Of a stretch of DNA of 64,000 nt, positions 11,015 to 22,900 are shown piece by piece; position 1 is the first letter of the stretch, and each line of letters begins with the position of its first letter. The position numbers and the translations under genes were made by a program. The stretch comes from an uncultured Planctomycetaceae bacterium (GTDB lineage Bacteria; Planctomycetota; Planctomycetia; Isosphaerales; Isosphaeraceae). The stretch lies in contig CAWIAD010000002.1 of the NCBI GenBank assembly GCA_963833985.1, forward strand, positions 1 through 64,000, read 5' to 3'. A model generated the notes under the pieces. That model was not told where the DNA came from and ran no database searches. It worked only from the letters and a program-made list of their open reading frames with translations.

Positions 11015-13214
11015 ATGGATCGACCTGAAAATCGTGGTGTTGGCCGGGTCGTCCAGCAACTGGAGTGTCTCCTCGACCGTGGTTCACTGACGGGGATGAC
11101 CGAGTCGCAGTTGCTGGACCGGTTCGCCGCCTCGCGTGACGAGCTGGCGTTCGCAACCCTGGTGGAGCGTCACGGTCCCATGGTCCTGTGCGTTTGCCGC
11201 CAGTTCCTGCACGACCCCAACGATGTGGACGATGCCTTTCAGGCGACATTCCTGGTGCTGGTCCGTAAAGCAGGCCGTTTGCGGCAGAAGAACCTGCTGG
11301 GGAACTGGCTCTACGGCGTGGCCTGCCGGGTTTGCCTGCGGTCTCGGGCCGTGGCATTCCGCAGCCGTACCCGGCTGACCCTGATGGAGCATGTGCAGGA
11401 GTGCCCGGCCGGTGGCGCCGCGGAACACGACGATCCGGGCGCCGGGCGCCTGCTCAGCGATGAGGAACGACCGCTCGTCCATGAGGAGGTCAACCGGCTC
11501 CCTCTGAAGTATCGCACCCCCATCGTGCTCTGCTATTTCGAGGGTTTGACGCACGACCAGGCTGCTGCCCGTCTGGGTTGGCCGCTTGGCACGGTGAAGG
11601 GCCGTCTGGCACGGGCGCGCGACCTGCTGCGGTCGCGGCTGGTGCGCCGGGGTATCGCGGTCTCGGCGGCCGCACTCTCCGTTCATCTGGCGGAAGCCGA
11701 TCTCCGGGCCGCCGTGCCGGCATCGCTGGCACACGTGACGCTCAGGGCCGCACAGGCGATCGCCGCTCGCGGAGGCACCGCGATCGCTGCCTCGTCCGCG
11801 GTCTCACTCTCCGTCGCCTCGCTTACCGAAGGAGTCTTGCAAACCATGATTCTCTCCCAGATCAAATCGATCGCGCTCCCCGTCCTGGCCGCGGGTACCT
11901 TTCTGGCCGCCGGGGCCAGCGTTGCCGCATTTCAGTTCCACCCAGGACCCGGTCGGCGGGCAAACACCCCGGCCGCGGATCAGCCGCGCGGCACGCCGGC
12001 CGGCCCTGAGTCTGCAAAAGCAATCGCCGAGCCGGCTGCGTCAGGTCAGGCTCTGGAGGAAGCCGCAATGGCCCGCCAGATTCTCGGCGACCTGAAGAGG
12101 CTGACCATCGCCGGCGAGCAGAACGATCCCGAGTCCTACCACACCTGGTCGCTCCGCTTGCTGGAGGCCGAAAAACGCCAGCACGCCGACAATACTCCGG
12201 CCGAGCTGCCGCCTGGCGCAGCCTACGAAGGCCACCTCCAGCGCATGCAGCAGATGCTCAAGCAAGCCGAAGCCCTCGCCAGAAGCGGAAGTCAGTCGTC
12301 CTATGACGTGAACCGCTGGCGGTACTTCGCGAAGGAAGCCGAGCGGATGCTCGACGAGGTGCGCACGTCGAGCGCCGGCACAACCTCCGGAATGATGCGG
12401 AATATGATGACCGGTCCGATGCGGGGGATGATGGGCGGCAAGATGCAAAACCAGATGGGCGGGATGATGGGCGGCAAGGCAATGGGCGGTTCGGATGTCC
12501 CGAACGCGGGAGCGAACGGCCCGGGGATGATGGCCGCAAATGCGCCCAGGCCCGCGCAAACTCAACCGGCCGCTTCCGGAGACGCCCAGAAGCCAGGCGC
12601 AGGATGGGCCGAACCCAGCGCAGCAGCAGGGCCAGCCGAACGCCATGATGGGCGGCATCGGCGGCGGCGGGTTTGGAGGCGGGTTCGGGGGTAACGGCGG
12701 AGAAGACGCCGATGACCCGTCCGTGACGCGGATGCACATTGCACGGCTGTCCTCGCTGCTTTCCAACGAGGAGAAGAACCCGCGCAGCAAGGAGGTCATC
12801 GGCAAGCTGGAGCAGCCCGCAACCCTGCACTTCCCGACGGAAACGCCACTCGAGGAAGTCCTCAAGCGGATCCGTGACCTGGCGAAAGGGAACAGCGGCA
12901 AGCGGTTGTCAATCTATGTGAATCCGGAGGCGCTTCAGGAGGCGGAGAAGACCATGACCTCGCCCGTGATCATCGACCTGGAGGACGTTCCGCTCCGGCT
13001 CGCACTCAGGCTCGTGCTCCAGCAACTGGGGCTCGCCTACTGCGTGCGCGACGGTGTCGTCATGATCAACACACCCGAGGGCGTCAGGCAAGAGCTCCAG
13101 GAAGCCCTGGCCGAGCTGGGGTACCCACCGAGCTCGGGCCTCCAGATGATGATGGGCCGCCCGCGCGGCATGACCGGCATGGGCGGCGCCATGATGGGCG
13201 GAGGCCTGCAATAA
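11015..13214 (+). CDS. Planctomycete-type extended ECF sigma-70 factor with TM segment, Met/Gly-rich linker and C-terminal STN-like domain; frameshift near 12600
   Basis: Motifs [25 protein letters not shown] and [15 protein letters not shown]. The downstream frame (12540-13214) continues the Met/Gly repeats and ends in [19 protein letters not shown]...[27 protein letters not shown]. Confidence 0.88.
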
Positions 13215-13218
13215 GGGC

Positions 13219-13909
13219 TCACGAGCTCAGCGCGCTGGCCGAAAGAGTTGCCATCGCATCCGGCAGGTTCTCTGTCACGGCAGCCGCGGGCGCGGTCTTC
13301 TCTGCACTGTTCTTGCCCGCTTTGAACCGCAGCGTGCTCCGCACATCCCGCAGCGCCTTCCTGGCCGCAGCGTATTTCGGGTCAAGCTGCAAGGCTTGCT
13401 CGAAGCACGCCGCGGCCTCGTCGTATCGTCCCTGGGCCCGGAGCACGAGCCCGAGGTTCAGGCATGCCTCGTCGCGGCAGCCTTGCGAGCAGCGGATGGC
13501 CGCACGGTGCGCGGTTTCGGCTTCTTTCAGATGCCCGGACCTGGCCAGGATCCCGCCCAGGTAGATATGGCCGCTCGCCTCGTCGGGCATCTTGTCGATG
13601 GCGCGGCGGTACCAGACGGCCGCGGTCTTGTAGTCGCCCCGGGCGCGGTGCAGATGCCCCATCGCGGAGAGGGGAATCCAGAGCTTGTCGGGCGGACAGA
13701 GCGCGACCGCGCGGCGCGAGCGCTTGCTCGGCCTCGCAGTGCCGCGCCAGGTCGGTGAGCGCCTCGCCCAGGATCTTCCAGGCAGGGCCGCAATCGGGGT
13801 ACTGGCGGAGGAACTCGCGTGAGCGCTCGACGGTCAATGCCGGCAAGTCGGACCGGTAAGCAGCGCGCACGTGCCTCCACCGGGCCTGGATCTTCTGGTT
13901 TTCTTTCAT
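13219..13909 (-). CDS. Tetratricopeptide repeat protein; frameshift near 13715
   Basis: TPR patterns (AWKILGEAL, GHIYLGGIL, ACLNLGLVLRAQGRYDEA...ALQLDPKY) run across ORFs 13382-13909 and 13219-13662. Confidence 0.8.
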
Positions 13910-14119
13910 CGGGTGCTCTCCTTGAAGAACGGACCCCGGCGGAGCGTGAGCCCGTCACGCTTGTCGCTCGGCGTTCACTGAGGAATGATCTTCCCGGGTC
14001 GCCGGCCAGTTGCATAAAAATCGACAGATAGATCAGAAGTGACTGCCGGGAAAGGGCTTGTGCGCGCGAATCATTTTCAGCCGGACGCGCTCGAGGCGAC
14101 CATGAAGCGGCGGACCGCC

Positions 14120-15859
14120 TCAGCCCATGAGCGTGGGACCGTCGACCAGTTCTTTCTGGTCGGCCTTGCGGGTCATGGGCAGGTCGATGGTGAAGGTTGA
14201 GCCCCGGCCGGGCTGCGAGCTGACGGTGATGGTGCCGCCGTGTTCGGCGATGATCTTGCGCGAGACGGGGAGCCCCAGGCCGGTTCCGCGCGAGCCCTTG
14301 GAGCTGGCGAAGATCTGGAAGATCGAACCGATCTCGGCCTCATCGATGCCGACCCCGTTGTCGCGGATGCGGATGCGGGCCACCGAGGTCTCCGCGTTCC
14401 ACTCGCTGGTGACGCTGACCTGGGCGTCCTGGGCCCCTTCGCAGGCATCGATGGCGTTGGTGACGATGTTCAGCACGGCCCGGTGGATGCCCTCCGGATC
14501 GATCATGACTCGGGGCATGTCGGGGCACGGGCTGGCCACAAGCTGCACGCCCAGCTCTTCGGCCCGCGACTGCATCAGCTCGATGACGTCGGTGATCGTC
14601 TCGTTCAGGTCGGATGGCTCGAGCGCGGGCTCGCGGTCCTTGGAGAACGAAAGCATGTCCATGACCATGTTGTAGATCTTGCCCTGGTTCTTCTCGACGA
14701 TGGTCCAGCCCCGGCGGACGATGCTCTCATCCTTCTCGTTGAGCCCCAGGTCGATCAGGTAGCTGCCTCCGCGGATGCCCTGGAGAATGTTCTTGATGTG
14801 GTGTGAGAGCGTGGCGATGGTCTGCCCCACGGCGGCCAGCCGCTCGGCCTGGATCTTGGCGTTGTGGAACGTGGTATTTTCGATGGCCAGGCCGGCCTGG
14901 TGGCCGATGGCGACCATGAGCATGAGCTGGTCCTGCGAGAACTTGCCGCGGGGCGCTTCCTTGCCGCCCATGATGGCGGCCAGGCCCCCCTCGGAGCGGA
15001 TGTCGGCGTAGAGCACGCCGAGCGTGGTGTGCCGCCCCTGGATGGGCACGCAGATGGCCTCGCGGATGTGGAAGTCCACGATCGACTGCGCGGGGCTGAA
15101 CCGCTTGTCGGCCGGCGCGTCGGTCGTGATCACGCCCTGGCCCTGCTCGAGGACGTAATCGATGATCGTCCGCGAGATGGTCATGCGCTCGTCGGGCTCC
15201 ACGGGCTCGCTCCAGCGCACGGCCTTGGGCACGAGTACGCCGTTCTCGTCCTTCAGGAGGATGGCGCCGCGGTTGGCGCCGATGGATTCGAAGACGAGCT
15301 CCAGGATCTGAGGCAGCAGCGCGTCGATATCGAGGATATGGCTGATGGCCTGGGTGGTGCGGTACATGACCGAGAGGCTGGCCAGCCGCTCGCGAAGCCA
15401 GCCGGCGGCGGCCTGCGGCTCGCGCAGCGCGCGCGAGCCCTCGCCGGTGGGGATACTTTTGAGGATGGCCGAGCGGTCGTCGGGATTGCTCCGGCTCAGC
15501 AGGTCCACCCGCGCCGTCAGGTCGCGCCGGGGGCTGGAGCTCCCCTCGCTGTAGAGCATGACCGTCTGGCCAAGCTGGAGCCGGTCGCCCGAGTGCAGCA
15601 GGCTCTGGTCGGTGGGCTGTCCGTTGACGAAGGTGCCGTTGGCCGAGCCGAGGTCCACGACGCGGTACGTGTCGGCATCGTGCCGCAGCTCGGCATGCCG
15701 GCGCGACACCTCGGTATCGTGGAGCCGGATGGCGTTCGAGTGATCCCGGCCCAGGGGCACGAGACCCGACTTGAACTCGAAGCGCTTCCCCTGGTCGGCC
15801 CCTTGAATGACGAACAAGGAGGCCACGACGCTGTCTCTCCTTGGCGCAACGGCGCTCAC
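14120..15859 (-). CDS. FHA-GAF-histidine kinase
   Basis: FHA (LGRD...VSRRHA...DLGSANGTFVNG), GAF, H-box SHHIKNIL, N-box NAIDA and G-boxes DNGVG / GTGLGL. Confidence 0.93.
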   Translation of the reverse strand: MSAVAPRRDSVVASLFVIQGADQGKRFEFKSGLVPLGRDHSNAIRLHDTEVSRRHAELRHDADTYRVVDLGSANGTFVNGQPTDQSLLHSGDRLQLGQTVMLYSEGSSSPRRDLTARVDLLSRSNPDDRSAILKSIPTGEGSRALREPQAAAGWLRERLASLSVMYRTTQAISHILDIDALLPQILELVFESIGANRGAILLKDENGVLVPKAVRWSEPVEPDERMTISRTIIDYVLEQGQGVITTDAPADKRFSPAQSIVDFHIREAICVPIQGRHTTLGVLYADIRSEGGLAAIMGGKEAPRGKFSQDQLMLMVAIGHQAGLAIENTTFHNAKIQAERLAAVGQTIATLSHHIKNILQGIRGGSYLIDLGLNEKDESIVRRGWTIVEKNQGKIYNMVMDMLSFSKDREPALEPSDLNETITDVIELMQSRAEELGVQLVASPCPDMPRVMIDPEGIHRAVLNIVTNAIDACEGAQDAQVSVTSEWNAETSVARIRIRDNGVGIDEAEIGSIFQIFASSKGSRGTGLGLPVSRKIIAEHGGTITVSSQPGRGSTFTIDLPMTRKADQKELVDGPTLMG

Positions 15860-15889
15860 CCCGAAGGTGCAGATCTTGGACGCTTCAGG

Positions 15890-17977
15890 TTAACGAATAC
15901 CTAGCCCGACCGTCAACGCTTGCGCCGCGCCCCGCGCCTTGCCAACGTTCAGCAGCCCTTCGGTGAACCCGAGCAGGGGGTTGCCGGCATTATCGGTGAT
16001 GCCGGCGGCGGATGAGCCGGATGCACCGGCCCCGTTCACGGCCACGCCGCGGATCATCCCACGGCTGCGGCGGTTGGCCGGCATCGTGAGCACGACCTGC
16101 TGCACGCCGTTGGGCACGGCGGCAGGCAGCACGGTGACCGTCGTGGGATGGATCGTCCCCAGCCCCGGTCCGGACAGATAATAATTGCCGGCCTGGGCCA
16201 GGCTCGACTGGTTCATCCCGCTGAGGCCGTCACGGAACAGGATGGTCACCTGATGGCGTCCGCCGAAGACGGCGCCGACAACCTGCGGCGCGACCGTGTC
16301 GATCACGTAATTCCCCGTCGGCCCGAGCACCTGCGCGGCACTCGGATAGCCGCTGGGCGGCGTGACGACCGCGGTGACGCTGTACATGCCGTCGCTCAGC
16401 GGTCCCACCGCAAGCGACCATTGCCCGGATCCCGAGGCGATTGCCGTGCCCAGCGCGTTGTTCGCGTCGTACCCGGCCAGCCTGCCGAAGAGCTCAACCG
16501 TGGCAAAAGCCGGCGCCGTGCCGCTGAAGGTCGGGCGGTTCGTGTTCGTGTCGCCCTGACTGGCGTATGGACCGTTGCCGGGAATGGGCGCCAGGCCGCC
16601 TGAGAAGTTGAAGTTGCTCGCGGAGTTGAGCACGTCGGCCGTGCTGCTGATGGTCGTGGAGCCGCCCTTGAGGTCCGCGACCTGAATGGATGGCGTGTAG
16701 GTGCCCGGCGTCGTGTAGAGGTGGCTGCCGAGGACCTGGAACCTGAGGTTGCTGGCGTTCGTCTGGAGCAATTGAACGGTTCCGCTCGATGTCGAGCCGT
16801 CACCCCACTGTATGACCGCGGTCAAATCACTCGGGACAGCGCTCGTGTCGGAATCGAGGAATGTTCCGACCACGGCATTGTTGATCGCGACACCCGCGGG
16901 TGTGGCGAGCAGGACCCCCGTGGGCGAGCCGAGCGCCGTTGAGCCGACAGAGATCACGGCCTGGCCTGCGCCGTTGACGACCTGGCCGTTCGCAACCCGC
17001 ACGAGCTGGAGTGTGATGGTGTAGGTTCCACTCGTCAGGTAGGTGTTGCTTCCCTGGATGGTGAAGGCGCCGTTCCCGCCGGTGATCGTACCGAACGAAA
17101 GGTTGCCGTCGCCCCAGTGGATCGACGCCTGAAAATCCGACGCGGTGTCGGACGTGTACGGGTCGAGGAAGCTTGCGACGGTGACGTTGCTGAGCGCCTG
17201 GCCCTGAGCGCCGGTCACGTTCGCGGGGAGAAGGCTCACGGGCTGGGTGACGACGGTCGCCGTCGAGTTCACGACGTTGACGCTGCCGCCCGGGGAGGAG
17301 ATGGTCACATTGACTGGATAGGAGCCGACGGTGTTGTAGGTGTACTGGCCGACAACATTGAATGACCCTTGACCCGCGGAGGCGACGGTTCCCGTCGTCG
17401 TCGAGCCCGGGCTGCCGTCGCCCCAGTTGATGGTCGCCTTGTAGTCTCCCGGGACGGCGTAAGGATCGGGCGTTGTGAACGAGGCCACGGCGCCGGAGAA
17501 CGGGCTTTGCAGTCCGGGGTAAATCGTCGTCGGGCTTGTGCTGAGTGGTGCATCGGCGACCGTGGCTGTTGCTGAGCTCGTCGCCGACGTGTTATTGAGG
17601 CCGGTGAGTATGACGCTGAATGCGTACTTTCCCACGTTCGGAAAGACGTTCGAGCTCTCGATCAGATAAGTACCTGGGCCGTTGGAGACGATCGCACCGG
17701 CCGTGCTGAAGCTGAGCGCTCCCTGCCAGTTGATGGTGGCCTGGTAGTCTGCCGGACCGCTTCCGTCCACGTCGCCGGCCGCGAAGGTGGCGACGGTGCC
17801 GCTGAAGTTCTGTCCCACGACCGTCGTGATCGGCTGCGCCTGGAGGGTCAGGAGCGTCCTCCTTTCCAGCCGTTCGACGATCGCGCAGGTCTGGGGCCGG
17901 AACCGGCTCCCGCGAGAGCGTCGGCCCCTGCCCATTCGATTCGAGAGTCGCGGCAAGAAGTCCATGGCGCGGATCAC
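15890..17977 (-). CDS. Secreted planctomycete protein with tandem Ig/PKD-like repeats
   Basis: N-terminal VERLERRTLL motif; repeated ATINWGDG...G...Y...G.Y units; Big-like NTNRPTFSGTA domain. Confidence 0.85.
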   Translation of the reverse strand: MIRAMDFLPRLSNRMGRGRRSRGSRFRPQTCAIVERLERRTLLTLQAQPITTVVGQNFSGTVATFAAGDVDGSGPADYQATINWQGALSFSTAGAIVSNGPGTYLIESSNVFPNVGKYAFSVILTGLNNTSATSSATATVADAPLSTSPTTIYPGLQSPFSGAVASFTTPDPYAVPGDYKATINWGDGSPGSTTTGTVASAGQGSFNVVGQYTYNTVGSYPVNVTISSPGGSVNVVNSTATVVTQPVSLLPANVTGAQGQALSNVTVASFLDPYTSDTASDFQASIHWGDGNLSFGTITGGNGAFTIQGSNTYLTSGTYTITLQLVRVANGQVVNGAGQAVISVGSTALGSPTGVLLATPAGVAINNAVVGTFLDSDTSAVPSDLTAVIQWGDGSTSSGTVQLLQTNASNLRFQVLGSHLYTTPGTYTPSIQVADLKGGSTTISSTADVLNSASNFNFSGGLAPIPGNGPYASQGDTNTNRPTFSGTAPAFATVELFGRLAGYDANNALGTAIASGSGQWSLAVGPLSDGMYSVTAVVTPPSGYPSAAQVLGPTGNYVIDTVAPQVVGAVFGGRHQVTILFRDGLSGMNQSSLAQAGNYYLSGPGLGTIHPTTVTVLPAAVPNGVQQVVLTMPANRRSRGMIRGVAVNGAGASGSSAAGITDNAGNPLLGFTEGLLNVGKARGAAQALTVGLGIR

Positions 17978-18086
17978 TCCCCTGGCGCGGAGCCTCGCCG
18001 CGATGATGAGCGCCCGTCTTCGAGGCGCGCTGCGGCCGGCTTGCGCGAAGCTGCCCCGGGCATCGTCTCATCCCGCGAGCAAAGGA

Positions 18087-18704
18087 TCAGTGGCCGTTTT
18101 GCGTCTGGTAGGTCGAGGTGGTATTGCCGTAATCCCCATTCCGGAGGATTCCCGCGCCGTTGAGGATGGACACCTGGGCGGCGGCGATCGCGTTGTCCTG
18201 GCTGAGCGAGTAGAGAGTGGCTGTCGGCGCGGAGGTCCCGGCGGGCGGCAGCGTGGTCAGCAGTGCATTTTCCAGCGAGCCGGGCGTGGCCCCGCCATTG
18301 ATGCCGATGATCCGGTGGTTGATCAGCACTTCCAGCGAAGGCTTGCCGCCATGGGGCCGGGCGGTCGAAGGCTTGTACTGCATGAAGCCGCTGATGAGCT
18401 GCTGGGCGAGCAGGCTCACGCGCTGCTGCGTGTAGAGCGTGAAGGCCTGGGTGGTGGCCGCGCTGGCGCTGGCCTGGTTGGCGATCGACGCGAAGTATGT
18501 CCCCCGCGCCTGGTCGTAATCATTCTGGAACGAGGTGAACGCCTGGTTCACCTCGGCGACCACGTTCATCTGGTGCCTGTTCAGCACGTTCTGGTTCGGG
18601 TGCAGCCCGCTGACGACGACCGAATAGCCGCGGTAATGGCTCATGACCACGCGGGCTTCGAGGTGGTCGAACGCGGACGGGGAGAACTGGTGATTCCGTT
18701 TCAT
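18087..18704 (-). CDS. Hypothetical secreted planctomycete protein
   Basis: N-terminal FDHLEARVVMS motif, strong GC3 codon bias and an upstream GGAGG. Confidence 0.75.
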   Translation of the reverse strand: MKRNHQFSPSAFDHLEARVVMSHYRGYSVVVSGLHPNQNVLNRHQMNVVAEVNQAFTSFQNDYDQARGTYFASIANQASASAATTQAFTLYTQQRVSLLAQQLISGFMQYKPSTARPHGGKPSLEVLINHRIIGINGGATPGSLENALLTTLPPAGTSAPTATLYSLSQDNAIAAAQVSILNGAGILRNGDYGNTTSTYQTQNGH

Positions 18705-19019
18705 GGCCGGATCGCCTCCGTGTGATCCCGTGCGATGGGAAAGGCAGTACGAGCGGCCTCCGGCCCGACCCGCGAGCGCCGGTGTGCCCCGGCGAAGTTC
18801 CAGCCTCCTGCAAGCCGGGGAATTCTATCACACGTTTTGATCGGAGGAGCGTTGTTTCGCGTTTTTCCAGGCGCGCCGGATGCTTCCTCTCGCGGCTCGC
18901 TCGTGCTTCCTTGAAAGCGCGGCGGGTTTGGGTTCTCATCATGGGGCCGAGCACGATTGCCGGCGCAAGTCCCCATGACGCTGGAAGTAGACTGTTGCTT
19001 CAGAAAGGGTGCCCCTCCC

Positions 19020-19770
19020 ATGGCCAAGAAGCCGGCGCGAAAGGAATCGAAGGGCAGGTCGCAGGCCAAGAAGAGCACGCAGCGGACCACACCGGCCAGA
19101 GCGGCGCGGAAAGACTCGAAAGCCCGTCCCGCGTCGCAGCCCGCGGCCGCGAAAAAATCGGGCTCGCAGGCACCGAAGCCGCCGGCGGCCGGCCAGGCGG
19201 CAAGACCGCAGGCGAAGCGGAAGGCCAAGGTTAGCTTCAATCTCAAGAAAACCGTCATCGAGGTGGTGACGGAACACGCCGGGCAGAACCTCAGTCCGGT
19301 CCAGATGCGCGTGCTGGTGATGCGGAAGTGGATCAGCCTGGCCGAGGTGGCCAGCGTGATGAAATTGCTGCCGGTTCCCCCCGCACCCGCCGCGCCCGCA
19401 CCCGCATCCGCCCCTGGAGCGCCCGCGACCCTGGCTCCGAAGGTCGGTCACGTGGTGGCCGCGAGCCGGTCGGTCACCGAAACCGCGGTGTGCGCCGATG
19501 ATCAGACCATTGACCAGCTGACGGTCACGCACACCCGTTCGACCATGGTCCCGCACGCCGCCGCCTACTCCAGCTCGGTCGACCTGGAAGACACCGTTCT
19601 GGCCGTCCTCTGCGAGCCGCCCCGCGCCGATGACGGCCGCGGAGGTTCAGGCCGGCGCGGCGCGCTTCCTCGGCTACACTCCGGACAGCGGCAGCGTGTA
19701 CACGGCACTACGCGGCAATTCCCGGGTGACCCGGCAGCCCGACGGACGGTTTGTGGGATCCTGCTCCTGA
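19020..19770 (+). CDS. Lys/Ala-rich (histone H1-like) N-terminus plus putative winged-HTH domain(s); frameshift near 19615
   Basis: Begins MAKKPARKESKGRSQAKK. The alternative frame after LEDTVLAVLC reads PMTAAEVQAGAARFLGYTPDSGSVYTALRGNSRVTRQPDGRFVGSCS* with its stop at 19768-19770. Confidence 0.6.
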
Positions 19771-19977
19771 ACGGCGCAGGCAGCCCTTCGGCAGGATTGC
19801 CAGGCAACTTGAGCTTCCCGCGCGGAATTCCGGCCACCCGCTCACGGTGGTCGCGGTTCTCCAGGTTTTGGTGATTACCGGCCTTGCGCGGTCCGATAGA
19901 TAAGTCGCGGTGATGCGCCAGGCGGCCCGCACCGTGCGCGGGGAATCGCCTGCGAGGAAGCGCCGAGGAGCCAGGGA

Positions 19978-22900
19978 ATGGTACTCCGACAGCTCAGGTT
20001 CGTCATGCCCGTCGTCGCCATCTGCACGGCGCTGAACGTACCGGCCCGGGCGCAGCTGGTCACCGGCGGCGAGAGCCTCTTCGGCAATCTCAACCCGTTT
20101 CACCAGGGCGAGCCCGGGCCGGTCTCGGTACGCGAGCTCTGCAAGCGGCTCGACTGCATGGCCGAGCAACTGCGCGACGACGGCCTGGTGGTGACGAAGC
20201 AGCCCGACGTATTCAGCCAGGCGCGGCTGACCCGGTTCCGCAACGACTTCGACAACCAGATGAGCACCGACCTGGGCAACTTCCAGCTCGTGCTCGCGGC
20301 CCGGATCAATCGCCTGGACGCGGCCACGACCACGCAGACCACGGCGCTTTCCGCCTCGCTCTCGGCGCCTGGCACCACGAACATGAGCACCACCGACCCC
20401 ACGAAATTCATCGGCGAGGTGAGCGGCGCCAACAGCCCGTTCCAGGGCGGGACCTCGCTTTTCGGTTCCCAGATCGACCCCTCCAAGTCGGCGTTCGGCA
20501 CGCTCAGCACAACGCCCAGCACGCTGGCCAAGGGGACCGCCGCAACGGCGCTGGGCCTGGGAGTCGAGCCCACCGTCTACCTCGACGAGAAGAAGCGGTT
20601 CCTCGAACACCTGAACCAGATCCGCCGGATCAGCCTGGGGCCGGACCAGAATGACTCGTCGGGGTACGGGCTTTACCTCGTCCGGCTGCCGGTATCCATC
20701 ACCCCGGGCGAGTGCACTTACACTGGCCACGGCGCGGAGCTCTCCGTCACCGTCGAGCACGAGTTCACACCCGACTTCCTGCCCACGACATTCCAGAACC
20801 TGGTGATCAACGACCTGGTCGACCAGCTTGGTCCGTTCCTGTACGAGACGATCCGCTCGGGGTTTTACGAGCAATACCTGAAGCCATTGCACGACGCACG
20901 TGCGAAGCAGAAGGCGATCACCATCCAGAGCGGGCGGATGATTGACGGGGTACTCAACGGGCTGGCGCAGGAGGTGGTCAACGCCGCGCTGCGCAGGCCA
21001 GCGCGGTCGATGTTCCATTCGTCCATTGATCCGTCCGCCAAGGACTCGCTGAACGGCCCCATCGATCAGATCGCCCGTCCCCTCGAGGAATTCATCCTCC
21101 GCCAGTCGAAGCCGCTGACGGGCGATCCGGTCAACGACCAGCAGGTGCAGGACACGATGGTGGCGCGCCTGACGGCGCTGGCTGACACGCTGGCCAAGGT
21201 GAAGACCGGTGATCCGCAGGGCGATACCGCGGCTGCCCAGTCGCTCGCGAAGCTGCGCGAGCGCATCGAGGCCATCCGCCACGGCGAGCTCGTCGACGCA
21301 CAGCTTCAGCCCACGGTCCGCGAAGACGTCCGGCTGGTCGTCCGGGGTTTTCTCGCCGGCAAGTTGCAGCCCGGCGAGGATATTTACAGCAAGCCGCTCG
21401 CCTCGCTGAAGACCATTGCCAGCCTGGACATGGCGCTCTTCCGGCCGTTCATGGAAGCGCTCTACAGGACCGCGCTGCCGGAGGACATCAAGACGCTTGA
21501 CGATCTTCTGAACGTTCCTCAGGCCGAGCGGACGGCGGTCACCAGCGTGCTGGCCGATAACAACGCCGAACTGGACAAGCTGAAGGCCGACCGGCTCAGC
21601 AGGCTGAACAACCTGAACCTCCCCTCGGTGCGGACGGCCAAGCAGCTCTACCCGATCTCGCCGCGCGACTTCCTGGACTTCTTCCAGCCCGAGAACCTTT
21701 ATCTGCTGGCCAGGGAGGCGAAGGAGTCATCGCGCGTGCAGGAGATCCGGGCCACCGACGTCCGCAACTACCTGCGGCACACGCTCGAGCCCGCGTACAC
21801 CGCGATGAGCCAGTCGACGCCGCGCGCACCGGACCAGGTTCCCCCGCTGGCCGATCCCGAGTTCCTGCGCGAGCTCGGCCAGGCCATCAGCGAGCGGCTC
21901 TTCGCCCTCCCCATCGGCGAGGAGCCCTCGCCGCTGGAGCAGCTCGATCAGGCACTCATGGCCCAGCTCGGGATCAGCCGCGACAACATCCAGGGCAGGG
22001 CCATCGGTGCGCTCTGCTGGACCATCGCGGTCGACGCGGTGCTGCTCGACGAGGCCCTGCGGAAGGACGCCCGCAGGGTGTTCTCCGACAAGGGCGTCCC
22101 CTGCGAAGGCCTCGAGGGAATTCGCTTTTACTTCCCGAGGGATGTTCCCAACGAGCAGGCGAAGAAGGTGTTCGTGGATTACGTCCGCCTGCGCTGGCCG
22201 ATCATCACGTTCTCGCTCGACCCCGTCACCGACCAGCAGAACATCGCCGACTCGTTCAATCTGAAGCGCGACCTGCAACTGGCGCTGTCGTTCGCGTTCG
22301 CCACCGGCCAGATCGGCTTCAACCAGTTGAACACGTTCCGCCGGCAAATCGAGCAATCGTCGGACACGATCGCGCTGAACCGCACGGTCACGGCCTTCGC
22401 GCACGGCAACGACAACTTCGGCTTCCGGTTCACGCCCCGGTTCCAGAACCCGCCCAACCAGCGTTCGAACATCGGCGTGATCGCCACCCAGCTCATCAGC
22501 GGCGGACCTGGCCCGGACTACCAGGTCAAGAAGTCAAAGCTGGAGTCGGGCATCCGCGAGCTGACCGCCGTGCTGCTGATTCCCACGTTCTTGCCCGTCA
22601 TGCGCATGAATGTCGCCGGCAACTGGTTCAAGCTCACCGATCCGGAACACCTGGTCTATCACACGGCCCGGCTGATGGAAGAGGGACGCAAGGTGCAGGG
22701 GCTGCGGCAGGCCGTGATCGAGATGTGCAGCGCCCAGCAGTACCGGGGGGCCGACCTGCGGGTCTTGCAATCAAAGCTGTCCCAGCTCGAGGAAATGCTG
22801 CCCATGCAGTCGAAGGCCGTGCAGTTGCCTTTCGAGAACAGTGCCAGCGGCTTCGACCTGTTCTCGGAGGGTTCCACGGCGCTTGTGCCCGAGCTCACCG

